Shown: positions 1 through 8,398 of the stretch, piece by piece | Numbering within the stretch: the stretch's first letter is position 1 | Layout of the letters: each line of letters opens with the position of its first letter | Origin: Myxococcales bacterium | Lineage (GTDB): Bacteria; Myxococcota_A; UBA9042; JABWCM01; BTVJ01 | Assembly: GCA_045863395.1 (NCBI GenBank) | Contig: BTVJ01000001.1 | Coordinates: forward strand, 320,001 to 384,000 | Direction of reading: 5' to 3' | Length of the DNA stretch: 64,000 nucleotides | Translations under genes and position numbers: made by a program | Notes under the pieces: model-generated | What the model saw: only the letters and a program-made list of their open reading frames with translations | The model's database searches: none | Told to the model about the DNA's origin: nothing

Positions 1-2
1 GC

Positions 3-1004
3 GCGACCTACTACTTCCTGCTCACGGGGCCCTACAACCTCCACGCGCACGCGGAGCGGGGTCTGCTCCGCCGCATCGCGGCGATGGAGCACGAGGTGGG
101 GCTCCACTACGACCTGGAGACCTGGCCCGAGGGAGCCGAGGAGGCGCGTGAGCGGCTCCGTGAGGAGCTGCGCGTGCTCTCTGCGCTCGTCGGTCGGCCC
201 GTGACCACCATCAGCACCCACAACCCCCACCGGGGCGGCGCCGACCCCTTCCGCACCTTGGACGATCTGGTGCACCCCCACGACCCGCGAGGGGCGCCGC
301 TCGCCTATGTGAGCGATAGCTGTCGGGGCTGGCGCGATCTGGAGCTGCTGCGGTGGATCGACGCTCCACCCCCGCGCGCCATGCTGCTCACCCACCCCGA
401 GCTGTGGCTCGACGGGTCGGTGGTCGACCGCCTCGACTACCTGGAGCGGGTGGTGCTCCCCCGCGCGGTGGGGCCGCTCCAGCGGTACTTCGGCGAGGAC
501 GTGCGGGCCATCTGGCGAGACCACGCGGGAGGGCGCGCCCACGACCAGCGCACCGGCGCCGCCTTGAGGATCACCTGGCCGGACCGCGCGGGCGTGGAGG
601 CGTCCCTCGACGCGGTGATGGCGCGCTTCACCGAGTTCACGGAGCTGCCCTGGACCCGGGAGCAGGTGCTCACCGAGCTGCCCGGCAAGTGGGAGGTCAG
701 CGCCCTCGCGTGGCGCGCAGGTGCGCTCGTCGGGATGTCGTTCAACTCCATCCGTGGCGGGGAGCTCTACGTGCACGCCTTCTTCACGGCGCCGGAGTCG
801 CGGCGGAGCGGGCTCGGAGCCCGCCTGATGGGCGCGGTGGTGGACCGGGCGCGCGCGCTCCACCTGCCCGGGGTGCGGCTCAAGGTGGATCAGGCGAACG
901 GGCGGGCTCTCCGGTTCTACCTCGGGCTGGGCTTCGCGGTGGTCGCCACCGAACCCGACCGGCACATGCTGGAGCTCCTCCTTCCGGTGGGGGCCGCCCC
1001 GTGA
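3..1004 (+). CDS. Polysaccharide deacetylase-like domain fused to a C-terminal GNAT acetyltransferase (5' partial)
   Basis: Frame is open from the window edge (ATYYFLLTGPYNL...HEVGLHYD, STHNPH, YVSDS, LLTHPELW = NodB-like barrel family of glycan loci). C-terminus has GNAT motif RRSGLGARLM...NGRALRFYLGLGF. Confidence 0.75.
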   Translation, partial: ATYYFLLTGPYNLHAHAERGLLRRIAAMEHEVGLHYDLETWPEGAEEARERLREELRVLSALVGRPVTTISTHNPHRGGADPFRTLDDLVHPHDPRGAPLAYVSDSCRGWRDLELLRWIDAPPPRAMLLTHPELWLDGSVVDRLDYLERVVLPRAVGPLQRYFGEDVRAIWRDHAGGRAHDQRTGAALRITWPDRAGVEASLDAVMARFTEFTELPWTREQVLTELPGKWEVSALAWRAGALVGMSFNSIRGGELYVHAFFTAPESRRSGLGARLMGAVVDRARALHLPGVRLKVDQANGRALRFYLGLGFAVVATEPDRHMLELLLPVGAAP

Positions 1005-1759
1005 CGGTCGCGGCCATCCACCAGCCCAACCTGCTGCCCTGGCTCGGGTGGTTCGACAAGCTGGACCGGGCAGACGTGTTCGTGCTCCTCGACCAGGTGT
1101 GGCTCAACCGGCGGAGCACCACCCACCGGGTGGGCGTCCTGCACCATGGGCGGGCCCTGCAGATCGCCGTGCCGGTGCAGCATGTGGGGACCCAGGAGCT
1201 GCCGATCTGCGAGGCGCGCCTCGACCCCGGCGGCCGGAGGCTCCAGAGCGTCGCCGAGACGTTGCGCCACTGCTATGGGCGCATGCCGCACTGGCGCGAC
1301 GTGGGGGAGCCCGTCCTGGCCCTGCTGCTCGACCCGCCGGAGCGCCTGCTCGACTTGAACCTCGCGCTGATCCGGCACCTGCTGACCCAGCTCGGGCTGG
1401 ATGCCGGGAAGCTGCGCCTCCAGTCCGACCTCGGCGGGATCGGGCGCAAGGCGGAGCTGATGGCCTCGCTGACCCGCGCCGCGGGGGCGGGCACCTACCT
1501 GTCGGGGGGACACCCGCCCGAGGCGGGTCGCAGCGGCACAGGCGCCGACTACAATGACCCAGCTGTCTTCTCCGAGTACGGCGTGGCGCTCGTCTATCAG
1601 TCCTTCCGCCACCCGGTGTACCCCCAGGGCGGGCCGTTCGTGCCCGGCCTCTCGGCGCTCGACGCCCTGGTGAGGCTGGGCGGAGCGGCGACCCTGGCGC
1701 TCCTGCGGGAGGCGCGGGGGAATTCGCGAGGCCCCACCCCGGTTGAGCCGCCTTCATGA
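1001..1759 (+). CDS. WbqC family protein
   Basis: GTG overlaps the upstream stop (GTGA). Signature AIHQPNLLPWLGWFDKL...FVLLDQV, YLSG, HPVYPQ...FVPGLSALDAL. Confidence 0.9.
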   Translation: MTVAAIHQPNLLPWLGWFDKLDRADVFVLLDQVWLNRRSTTHRVGVLHHGRALQIAVPVQHVGTQELPICEARLDPGGRRLQSVAETLRHCYGRMPHWRDVGEPVLALLLDPPERLLDLNLALIRHLLTQLGLDAGKLRLQSDLGGIGRKAELMASLTRAAGAGTYLSGGHPPEAGRSGTGADYNDPAVFSEYGVALVYQSFRHPVYPQGGPFVPGLSALDALVRLGGAATLALLREARGNSRGPTPVEPPS

Positions 1760-4329
1760 CGCCTCCCATGCCACGCGCATCCCTCGCCGGCGACACTCCC
1801 CCCGTGCCCGCCCTGCGCCTCATGGCCCGCCTCTTCTGGCCCTACCGCGGGCGCATCCTGCTCTTCGCGGCCACCATCGCGCTGGGCATCGGGTCGCTGT
1901 TCGCCGTGTCCAACCTGCTCGGGCTGGTCGAGCGCACGCTGGCCGAGCAGGCCCGCTCCCTGATGAGCGCGGACCTGGCGGTGTCGAGCTGGCGGCCGCT
2001 GGACGACGACGCGCGCGGGGCGCTGGAGGAGACCCTCGCCGGGGAGCGGGTCCGGCGGACCGACGTGCTGGAGCTTGCGTCCATGGCGCGGGCGGGGGAC
2101 ACCCCCTTCCTGGTCACGGTGCGGGGGGTGGAGCCCACCTACCCGCTGCACGGCGACATCGGGGCGGACGGTTGGGAGGGGTCGCTCACCGGGGATGCGT
2201 GCCTGATCGACCCCTCCATGGCGGCGCAGCGGGGGCTCGGCCCGGGCGACACCCTGGAGCTGGGTCGCGCGCGGTTCCGGGTGGCGGCCGTGCTCTCGCG
2301 GGACCCGGACCGCGCCACGGCCGGGGTGTTCGCGTTTGCGCCGAGGGTCATCGTGCCGCTCGACGCCCTCGCAGCCACGGGCCTCGTCGACCAGAAGAGC
2401 CGGGTGCGCCGCACCTCCTTCATCGCGGTCGACGCGGGCGCCGAGGACCCCACCCCGCGCGTGCGTCGCCTGGCGCAGCAGCTCACGGAGCGCATCGGGT
2501 CGCCCAACGTCGAGATCACGAGCTTCGTCGACGCGCAGCCCACCACCTCCGAGATGTTCCGCCTCATCGCCACCTTCTTCGCCATGGTGGCGCTCGTGAC
2601 CCTGGTGCTCGGCACCCTCGGGGTGGTGGTGGGGGTGCTGTCCCTGCTCAACGACCACCTGGAGATCATCGCCACCCTGCGGTGCCTGGGGGTGGACCCG
2701 CGGTCGGTCTCGCGCGCCTACCTGGGGCTCTGCGCAGGCATCGGGCTCCTTGGCGGGGTCCTCGGCGTCGCGGTGGGGGCCGCGCTCGACGCCCTGGCCG
2801 TGGACGCGGTGGCGGCGGCGACGGACCTCCCCTTGACCCTTCGGATCGGGGCGGGCGAGGTCGCGCGGGCCCTGGTCCTCGGGGTGGGGATCGCGGTGGC
2901 GTTCAACCTGGCGTCGGTGCGGGCGCTCGCGCGCGTCGCGCCCCGTGACATGCGGAGCCCCGACGCCCGCCCCCTGGCGCTGCGGCGCCTGGATCTCGCG
3001 CTGCTGGTGGTGGGGGCGCTCCTCGCGGTGGGGGCGTGGCTGTGGGTGGAGACGCGGAGCCCCATCCTGTCCGCGGGCTTCGCGCTGGGGCTCGCCGCCA
3101 CGGCGGGGGCGGCGCTGCTGCTGGTGGGGGCGGGGTTCCTGGTGCTGGGGGGGCTCCACCGGGCGCTGCTCCGCGTGCGCTCCCCCCTGGTGCTGCGCCA
3201 CGGGATCCTCCAGGTGGTCCGCAACCGCCGCCGCTCGCTGGCCTACCTGATCACGCTCGGGCTCGGCCTCACCCTGGTGGTGGCGCTCGGGCTCATCCAG
3301 CACAGCATCGAGGCGGAGCTGCAGCTCGACGGGGAGGTCCCGAACCTGTTCCTGGTGGACGTGCAGACGGACCAGGCGGCGGACGTGGAGGCCTTCGCGG
3401 GGAGGGCTGGGGCGACGCGCCTGTCTCTGAGCCCGCTGGTGCGGGCGCGCCTCGTGTCCATCGACGGGCAGGCGGTGGTGCGGGACGAGGGCGGGACCCG
3501 CGAGGAGCGGCGACGGCAGCGCATGCTGAGCCGCGAGTACAACCTGACGGGGAAGGACGCGCTCAACGCCAGCGAGACGGTGGTGGAGGGGCGGCTGTGG
3601 GAGCCCGGGACGACGGCGGTGGAGCTGAGCCTGGAGCGGCGCTTCGCCGACCGGCTCGGCGTGGGGCTCGGTGGCCGCCTGACCTTCGACGTGCAGGGGA
3701 GGCCCCTCGACGGCGTCGTGACCAGCATCCGCCAGATCAACTGGCTCAGCCTGCTGCCCAACTTCTTCGTCGTGCTCCCGGCGCAGGTCCTGGAAGGGGC
3801 GCCCCAGACGCTCATCGGCTCGCTGCGGCTGCCCGGCGTGGAGCGCATGGCGGAGTTTCAGCGGGAGCTCTTCGCCGCCCACCCCAACATCAGCGTCATC
3901 GACCTCGGGCCCCTGTTCGGCCAGGTGCGGCGCCTGCTCGGGACCGTCGGCGCCACCATCCAGCTCCTCGCGGCCGTGTGCGCGGGGGTGGGCCTGCTGA
4001 TCCTGCTGCTCGCGCTGCGGCTCGGGCGACCCGAGCGCGTGCGGCAGGCGGCGATCCTGCGGGCGCTCGGCTTCGACACGCGCCAGATCCTGGGCCTCGA
4101 CCTCGTGGAGCACGCGGCCGTGGGGCTGATCGCGGCCGTGACCGTGCTGGTGCTCGCGACCACCTTCGCGGCGGTGGCCCTCGGGAGCATGGACGTGCGC
4201 CCGCGCTTCCCCCCCGGCGCCCTCGCCGCCGCCGCCCTCGTCGCGATCGCGCTGCCGGTGGTGGCGGCGCTGCTCTCCAACACCCCGGCCTACCGGCGGG
4301 GCGTTCGCGCGGCGTTCAGCGCGGGGTGA
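1756..4329 (+). CDS. FtsX-like/YbbP-type ABC transporter permease (two FtsX domains)
   Basis: Two TM clusters, ARSLMSADL, YPLHG, IATLRCLG, PNLFLVDVQTDQ, REYNLT, W..LLPNFFVV, AAILRALG. Confidence 0.88.
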   Translation: MTPPMPRASLAGDTPPVPALRLMARLFWPYRGRILLFAATIALGIGSLFAVSNLLGLVERTLAEQARSLMSADLAVSSWRPLDDDARGALEETLAGERVRRTDVLELASMARAGDTPFLVTVRGVEPTYPLHGDIGADGWEGSLTGDACLIDPSMAAQRGLGPGDTLELGRARFRVAAVLSRDPDRATAGVFAFAPRVIVPLDALAATGLVDQKSRVRRTSFIAVDAGAEDPTPRVRRLAQQLTERIGSPNVEITSFVDAQPTTSEMFRLIATFFAMVALVTLVLGTLGVVVGVLSLLNDHLEIIATLRCLGVDPRSVSRAYLGLCAGIGLLGGVLGVAVGAALDALAVDAVAAATDLPLTLRIGAGEVARALVLGVGIAVAFNLASVRALARVAPRDMRSPDARPLALRRLDLALLVVGALLAVGAWLWVETRSPILSAGFALGLAATAGAALLLVGAGFLVLGGLHRALLRVRSPLVLRHGILQVVRNRRRSLAYLITLGLGLTLVVALGLIQHSIEAELQLDGEVPNLFLVDVQTDQAADVEAFAGRAGATRLSLSPLVRARLVSIDGQAVVRDEGGTREERRRQRMLSREYNLTGKDALNASETVVEGRLWEPGTTAVELSLERRFADRLGVGLGGRLTFDVQGRPLDGVVTSIRQINWLSLLPNFFVVLPAQVLEGAPQTLIGSLRLPGVERMAEFQRELFAAHPNISVIDLGPLFGQVRRLLGTVGATIQLLAAVCAGVGLLILLLALRLGRPERVRQAAILRALGFDTRQILGLDLVEHAAVGLIAAVTVLVLATTFAAVALGSMDVRPRFPPGALAAAALVAIALPVVAALLSNTPAYRRGVRAAFSAG

Positions 4330-4461
4330 GGGCTCGGTGGGGGCGACGCCGCAGCGCCGTGCGGGCCCCACAGCGGCCCCTGGCCCTCGCCGCACGGCTC
4401 CTGCTCTGGCCGCTTGTCGTCGACTCCACCAGGTTATACTGGTGGATGAGGTGCGCGAACC

Positions 4462-4944
4462 ATGATAGTTCTGGCGTTCATCCTGATCGCGGGGGTCACC
4501 CCGGAGGCGGACATGGAGAAGCTCATCGCCGCGCTGTCCGCGGTCGCCGCCGGAGCGACGCCTGCGGCCCAGCTCACCGGCGCCTACGCGGACGGCAACG
4601 GCCTCGACGGGTGGACGCACGTGACGATCCAGGGCGGCGAGGTCCACGTGAAGCGGACCCGCCCGCGCAAGCCCGACGCCGAGTTCAAGGGCGCGTTGTT
4701 GGAGAGTGAGGCGCGCGAGCTGGCGCGGCTGGCCGTGGACGGCAAGCTCTGGACGGTGGTGTCCGCCCGCGCCCACGGTGTGCCCGACGAGACGCAGCCC
4801 AGGATCACGCTCGGCGTCGACGGCGCCGAGCTCTCGGTGAAGCTCTGGGACAACGAGGCGGACGGCGTGCCCGCGTTCAGCGCGGTGCGCAGAACCCTGT
4901 TGGCTATTGCCGCGCGCGTGAGCCGCGGCGCAGTGACGTACTGA
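4462..4944 (+). CDS. Hypothetical protein, possibly emfourin/DUF6438-like peptidase inhibitor fold
   Basis: Hydrophobic N-terminus, GAGG RBS, GC3-biased codons. GNGLDG and GVPDETQPRITLGVDG loosely recall emfourin-like GGFAG/GVPD motifs. Confidence 0.55.
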   Translation: MIVLAFILIAGVTPEADMEKLIAALSAVAAGATPAAQLTGAYADGNGLDGWTHVTIQGGEVHVKRTRPRKPDAEFKGALLESEARELARLAVDGKLWTVVSARAHGVPDETQPRITLGVDGAELSVKLWDNEADGVPAFSAVRRTLLAIAARVSRGAVTY

Positions 4945-4955
4945 GGAGCAGGGAC

Positions 4956-6221
4956 ATGCCGGAGCTCAAACAACAGAAGCAGCCGAAGGTCGCCCCCCGA
5001 CCCGCCCAGGAGCCCGAGCGGCGTCCGGGCCCCAGCCTCCGCGGCATGAGCTACGCCGAGGGCGCCGCCCAGGTGAAGCCGGGCCCTCGCCCGCCCGATC
5101 CAGATGGCCTGATGCGGCCGGACTTCGACGCACCGACGGCCGGCGACGACCTCATGCGCCCGGACTTCGACCAGCCCAAGGACGACGCCGACGGCGTGAT
5201 GCGCCCGGACTTCAGCGCGCCCAAGGCGACCGGGAAGAAGCCCCCCGCCCGGCCGGCGGCCGAGGTCGTCAAAGAGAACAAGCGCAGGCTCGCCTGCATC
5301 GACGACCTGATGAGCTACGGCGCGTTCGACTGGGCCATCACGGACGGGGAGGCCACGCGCGCATTGAGCCTGCTGGCCGGGGCCGGCGACGCGGCGCTGC
5401 CGGCGCTGGTGCAGCACCTCGACAAGGGCAAGGCGCTGTCGCGGCTGCTGGAGAACCTGCCCAGGAAGGCCGTCGAGGCCAACGCGCTCTCTGTGCTGAA
5501 GCTCTTCAAGCACCGCACCCGGAAGGGAGCGGACAAGGTCCGCGAGATCGCCATCCGCGCCACGGAGCTGCAGGGCAAGGACCCCGACGCGCTGCTCGGC
5601 AACTACACCCAGACCCGGTGGGCGTATGCCTCCTACGACGAGCAGCTCGCGGAGCGCGACGACGCGGGCAACTGGATCGCCAAGACCTACACGGGCCACA
5701 AGTCGTACACCATCGGCATCACCGACCGGGAGGTCGTGGTGTCCGTGGCCATCCGGCTGGGCGCGGACGCCGCCCTGGCCGACAAGATGCAGAAGATCAA
5801 GGCGCGGTGGCTGGACGGCATCAAGGAGAAGTGGAACGGGAAGTTCCGGGCCTCGAACGGCGTGACCACCCTGCCCATCCGCTTCCGGCCCCTCTTCCTG
5901 GCGGACGCGGACACGGAGACCGTGGCCGACCACGACGTGAAGGTGAAGGCGGGCTCGGGCCGCGCCAACGCGGGCAAGTTCTACGAGAAGTCCACGAAGG
6001 GCACGGCCGCCCACGAGTTCGGCCACATGATCGGCAACGTCGACGAGTACGATCAGCCGGTCTACGACAAGGATCACAAGGTCACGGGCGGCAAGGACGA
6101 GCACGACAGCGTCATGTCCGACCACGGCGCGGTCCACGCGCGCCACTTCGACTCCGTGATCGCCGACCTGAACAAGATGCGCGACCCGGCCAAGCCCGAG
6201 TTCAAGCTGAAGCCGCAGTAG
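4956..6221 (+). CDS. Putative zinc metallopeptidase effector (HExxHxxGxxD metzincin-type C-terminal domain)
   Basis: AAHEFGHMIGNVDEY plus Met-turn DSVMS. Low-complexity N-terminus without signal peptide. GAGGAG RBS. Confidence 0.7.
   Translation: MPELKQQKQPKVAPRPAQEPERRPGPSLRGMSYAEGAAQVKPGPRPPDPDGLMRPDFDAPTAGDDLMRPDFDQPKDDADGVMRPDFSAPKATGKKPPARPAAEVVKENKRRLACIDDLMSYGAFDWAITDGEATRALSLLAGAGDAALPALVQHLDKGKALSRLLENLPRKAVEANALSVLKLFKHRTRKGADKVREIAIRATELQGKDPDALLGNYTQTRWAYASYDEQLAERDDAGNWIAKTYTGHKSYTIGITDREVVVSVAIRLGADAALADKMQKIKARWLDGIKEKWNGKFRASNGVTTLPIRFRPLFLADADTETVADHDVKVKAGSGRANAGKFYEKSTKGTAAHEFGHMIGNVDEYDQPVYDKDHKVTGGKDEHDSVMSDHGAVHARHFDSVIADLNKMRDPAKPEFKLKPQ
5103..5223 (+). repeat. Three intragenic repeats encoding D(G/D)(L/V)MRPDF(D/S)xP
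   Basis: atgcg(g/c)cc(g)gacttc-type unit occurs three times; peptide DGLMRPDFDAP / DDLMRPDFDQP / DGVMRPDFSAP. Confidence 0.85.
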
Positions 6222-6260
6222 CGGGGGGACGTTCGTGTCGGCGGACGCAGCCCGGGTGCG

Positions 6261-6608
6261 TCAGGCAGCGCGCAGCACGAACTCGACTCGGACCGTCTGG
6301 TAGGGAAACTCGACTCTGCCGTCTGCGCCGCGGTCGAGCAGGCCGGCGTTCAGCAGGGCCACCACGTCACCGTGAACGGCCTTGACGTCTCGTTTCACGC
6401 GTCGTGCGGCCTCGCGAATCGAGAGGGGACCGGCGCCGGCGAGTGTCCTCAGGAGCTCCCAGCGCTTTGCTGTCAGCACCTCCCAGAGCAGCTCGGGGGT
6501 GGCGAAGCTGATTCGCGCCTCCGCCTCGGGCTCACCGCTCGCCATCGCGCGAGCGACGTCCGCGAGAGACCCGGAGAGGGAGCGGACCTCAAGGACGACC
6601 GTGCTCAT
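6261..6608 (-). CDS. HTH DNA-binding protein, HVO_A0114-like putative antitoxin
   Basis: ISFATPELLWEVLTAKRWELL...SIREAARRVKRDVKAVHGDVVALLNAGLL...FPY. Overlaps the upstream DUF6516 gene. Confidence 0.8.
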   Translation of the reverse strand: MSTVVLEVRSLSGSLADVARAMASGEPEAEARISFATPELLWEVLTAKRWELLRTLAGAGPLSIREAARRVKRDVKAVHGDVVALLNAGLLDRGADGRVEFPYQTVRVEFVLRAA

Positions 6609-6885
6609 CGTTCCACCTCGAAATGTCGGCGGCAAAGTCAGACAGCAGTTGCTCCGGCGAGGAGAACGCGTAGGGGGACTCCGTGTCTCCCCAGTGCCGA
6701 TGGTCCCCTTTGCCCCGCTCGTTGTCGTACCGGATGACGCACTCCCCCGCCACGACGTACGCCAGCCGGTACTTGAACGGGTGGCCCGCTGGAAGGACCA
6801 GATCGGGGACGCGCCACACCACGACGTCCGCGAACGCCTTGGTCCCGAGGATGATCCGACGGCGAACGAGGGGAGCGGCGCTCAT
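6589..6885 (-). CDS. DUF6516 (TumE-like) putative toxin
   Basis: VVWRVP...HPFKYRLAYVVAGECVIRYDNERGKGDHRH...YAFSSPEQLLSDF signature. Confidence 0.8.
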   Translation of the reverse strand: MSAAPLVRRRIILGTKAFADVVVWRVPDLVLPAGHPFKYRLAYVVAGECVIRYDNERGKGDHRHWGDTESPYAFSSPEQLLSDFAADISRWNDEHGRP

Positions 6886-6922
6886 GTTGGAGATGATGAC
6901 AACACGCCCGTCGCGGCGTCAA
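6885..6922 (-). promoter_or_regulatory. Sigma70-like promoter and inverted-repeat operator of the TA module
   Basis: Minus strand TTGACG-N18-CATCAT with an extended TG. IR TGTTG-N10-CAACA (6885-6904) covers the -10. ATG follows 7 nt later, so the mRNA is probably leaderless. Confidence 0.6.
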
Positions 6923-7068
6923 GTCGACGAGGGCGAGGCAGCGAAGTGTCTTGCCGTGGCGGGAACAATAGAATGGGGAGTTCACCGTTCCTGGTCAGGG
7001 GCAAGGAGGCCCCTTCTCGCAAGGAGCGACGGGTCCACGGACGGGCGGTAGCAAGCTCGGACCGCCCC

Positions 7069-8397
7069 TCAGCCCAGCGCCAGCGCCCCGGTGCCGTCGT
7101 CGCCGAACTTCGCGTTCGGGACGCCGCAGGCGTTGAGGATGGTGGTGAAGAGGTTGGCGACCGGGGGGTTCCCGTCGAGCTTCACGTGGCGGCCGCTCTG
7201 GAAGACCTTCGTGCCGCCCGCCACCAGGACCGGCATGTTCACGTGGTTGTGGAGGTTGCCGTCGGACACCTCGCTCGAGAAGTACACGAGGGTGTTGTCG
7301 AGCACCGTGCCGTCGCCCTCCGGCATGGCGTCGAGGCGCGTGAGCAGCCAGGCGAGCATCTCCACCTCCCACGCATTGATCTTCGTGAGCTTGTCGAGCT
7401 TCTGCGGGTCGTTGCCGTGGTGTGACAGGTAGTGGTGCACGTCGTTGATGCCGAGCCAGGTGTGGACGCGGCCGCCGAGGCCGTTGCTCATCATGAACGT
7501 CGCCGCCCGGGTCATGTCGCAGCGGAAGGCCAGGGCGATGACGTCCATCATCTGCTCGACGTACTGGGTGATGGTGCTCCAGGACGGCGGCGCCTTGCCC
7601 GGGTCGCAGACCGGCCCGGTGGGGGCCTGACCCGCCCCCTCCAGCTTCTTCTCGAGCTCCCAGATGCCGTTCTGGTAGGCCTCGAGCTTCTGGCGGTCCG
7701 TCACGCCCAGCTTCGCGTGCAGCTTCTTCGAGTCGTCGAGCACCGCGTCGAGCACCGAGAGCTTCAGCAGGCGCCGCCGCTCCAGCGTCGCCGCCGCGAG
7801 CCCCTCGCCCGGGTTGAAGCCCGCGAACAGGCGGTTGAACGCCGCCTTGGGGTCGATCTCCTTCGGCAGGGGCGTCGTCGGGGTGGCCCACGCGATGTTG
7901 TGGCTGTACGCGCAGGAGTAGCCGCTGTCGCAGCCCGGGTAGCTCCCCGGCTCGACGCAGCCGAGCTCCAGCGACGGCAGCTTCGTCTGCGCGCCCACCT
8001 TCTGGGCGATGAGCTGGTCCACCGAGACGCCGTTCTTGATGTTGGCGCCCTCGGTCTTCACGACCTTCGTCGCCGTGAGGAACGCGCCGATGCCCGACGC
8101 GTGGTCACCGGCCCCGTCTGGCTTGCCCGGGTTGGCCGACAAGCCGGACAGGACGAGCACCTTGTCCTTCACTGGCGCCAGAGGCTTCAGGATCGGCGTC
8201 AGCGCGTAGCCGGGGCCCGTCGTCGCGGGGGTCCAGTGCTCCATGCGGATGCCGTTCGGCACGTAGTAGCCGAGGAAGCGCGTCGGAGGGGCCGGCATCG
8301 TCGCGGCGCGCGCCGTGCGGGGCAGCATCGCCTCGAGCCAGGGGAGGGCCATCGCGACGCCGGCGCCGCGCAGGAGGGTCCGTCGGGAGAGGGTCAT
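7069..8397 (-). CDS. DUF1552 domain protein (Tat signal)
   Basis: LSRRTLLRGAGVAMALPWLEAM, YVPNG, SVDQLIA, SLELG, CDSGYSCAY, AFRCDMTR, HHYLSHH, GTVLDNT. Confidence 0.92.
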   Translation of the reverse strand: MTLSRRTLLRGAGVAMALPWLEAMLPRTARAATMPAPPTRFLGYYVPNGIRMEHWTPATTGPGYALTPILKPLAPVKDKVLVLSGLSANPGKPDGAGDHASGIGAFLTATKVVKTEGANIKNGVSVDQLIAQKVGAQTKLPSLELGCVEPGSYPGCDSGYSCAYSHNIAWATPTTPLPKEIDPKAAFNRLFAGFNPGEGLAAATLERRRLLKLSVLDAVLDDSKKLHAKLGVTDRQKLEAYQNGIWELEKKLEGAGQAPTGPVCDPGKAPPSWSTITQYVEQMMDVIALAFRCDMTRAATFMMSNGLGGRVHTWLGINDVHHYLSHHGNDPQKLDKLTKINAWEVEMLAWLLTRLDAMPEGDGTVLDNTLVYFSSEVSDGNLHNHVNMPVLVAGGTKVFQSGRHVKLDGNPPVANLFTTILNACGVPNAKFGDDGTGALALG

Positions 8398-8398
8398 G

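Noticed and set aside
1597..4776. Very long alternative-frame or antisense ORFs (also 8315-10951, 21262-24456, 39632-42334, 47081-49588, 62918-63997)
   Set aside because: Shadow ORFs of real genes caused by high GC and stop-codon scarcity; Arg/Pro/Gly-rich with no motifs.
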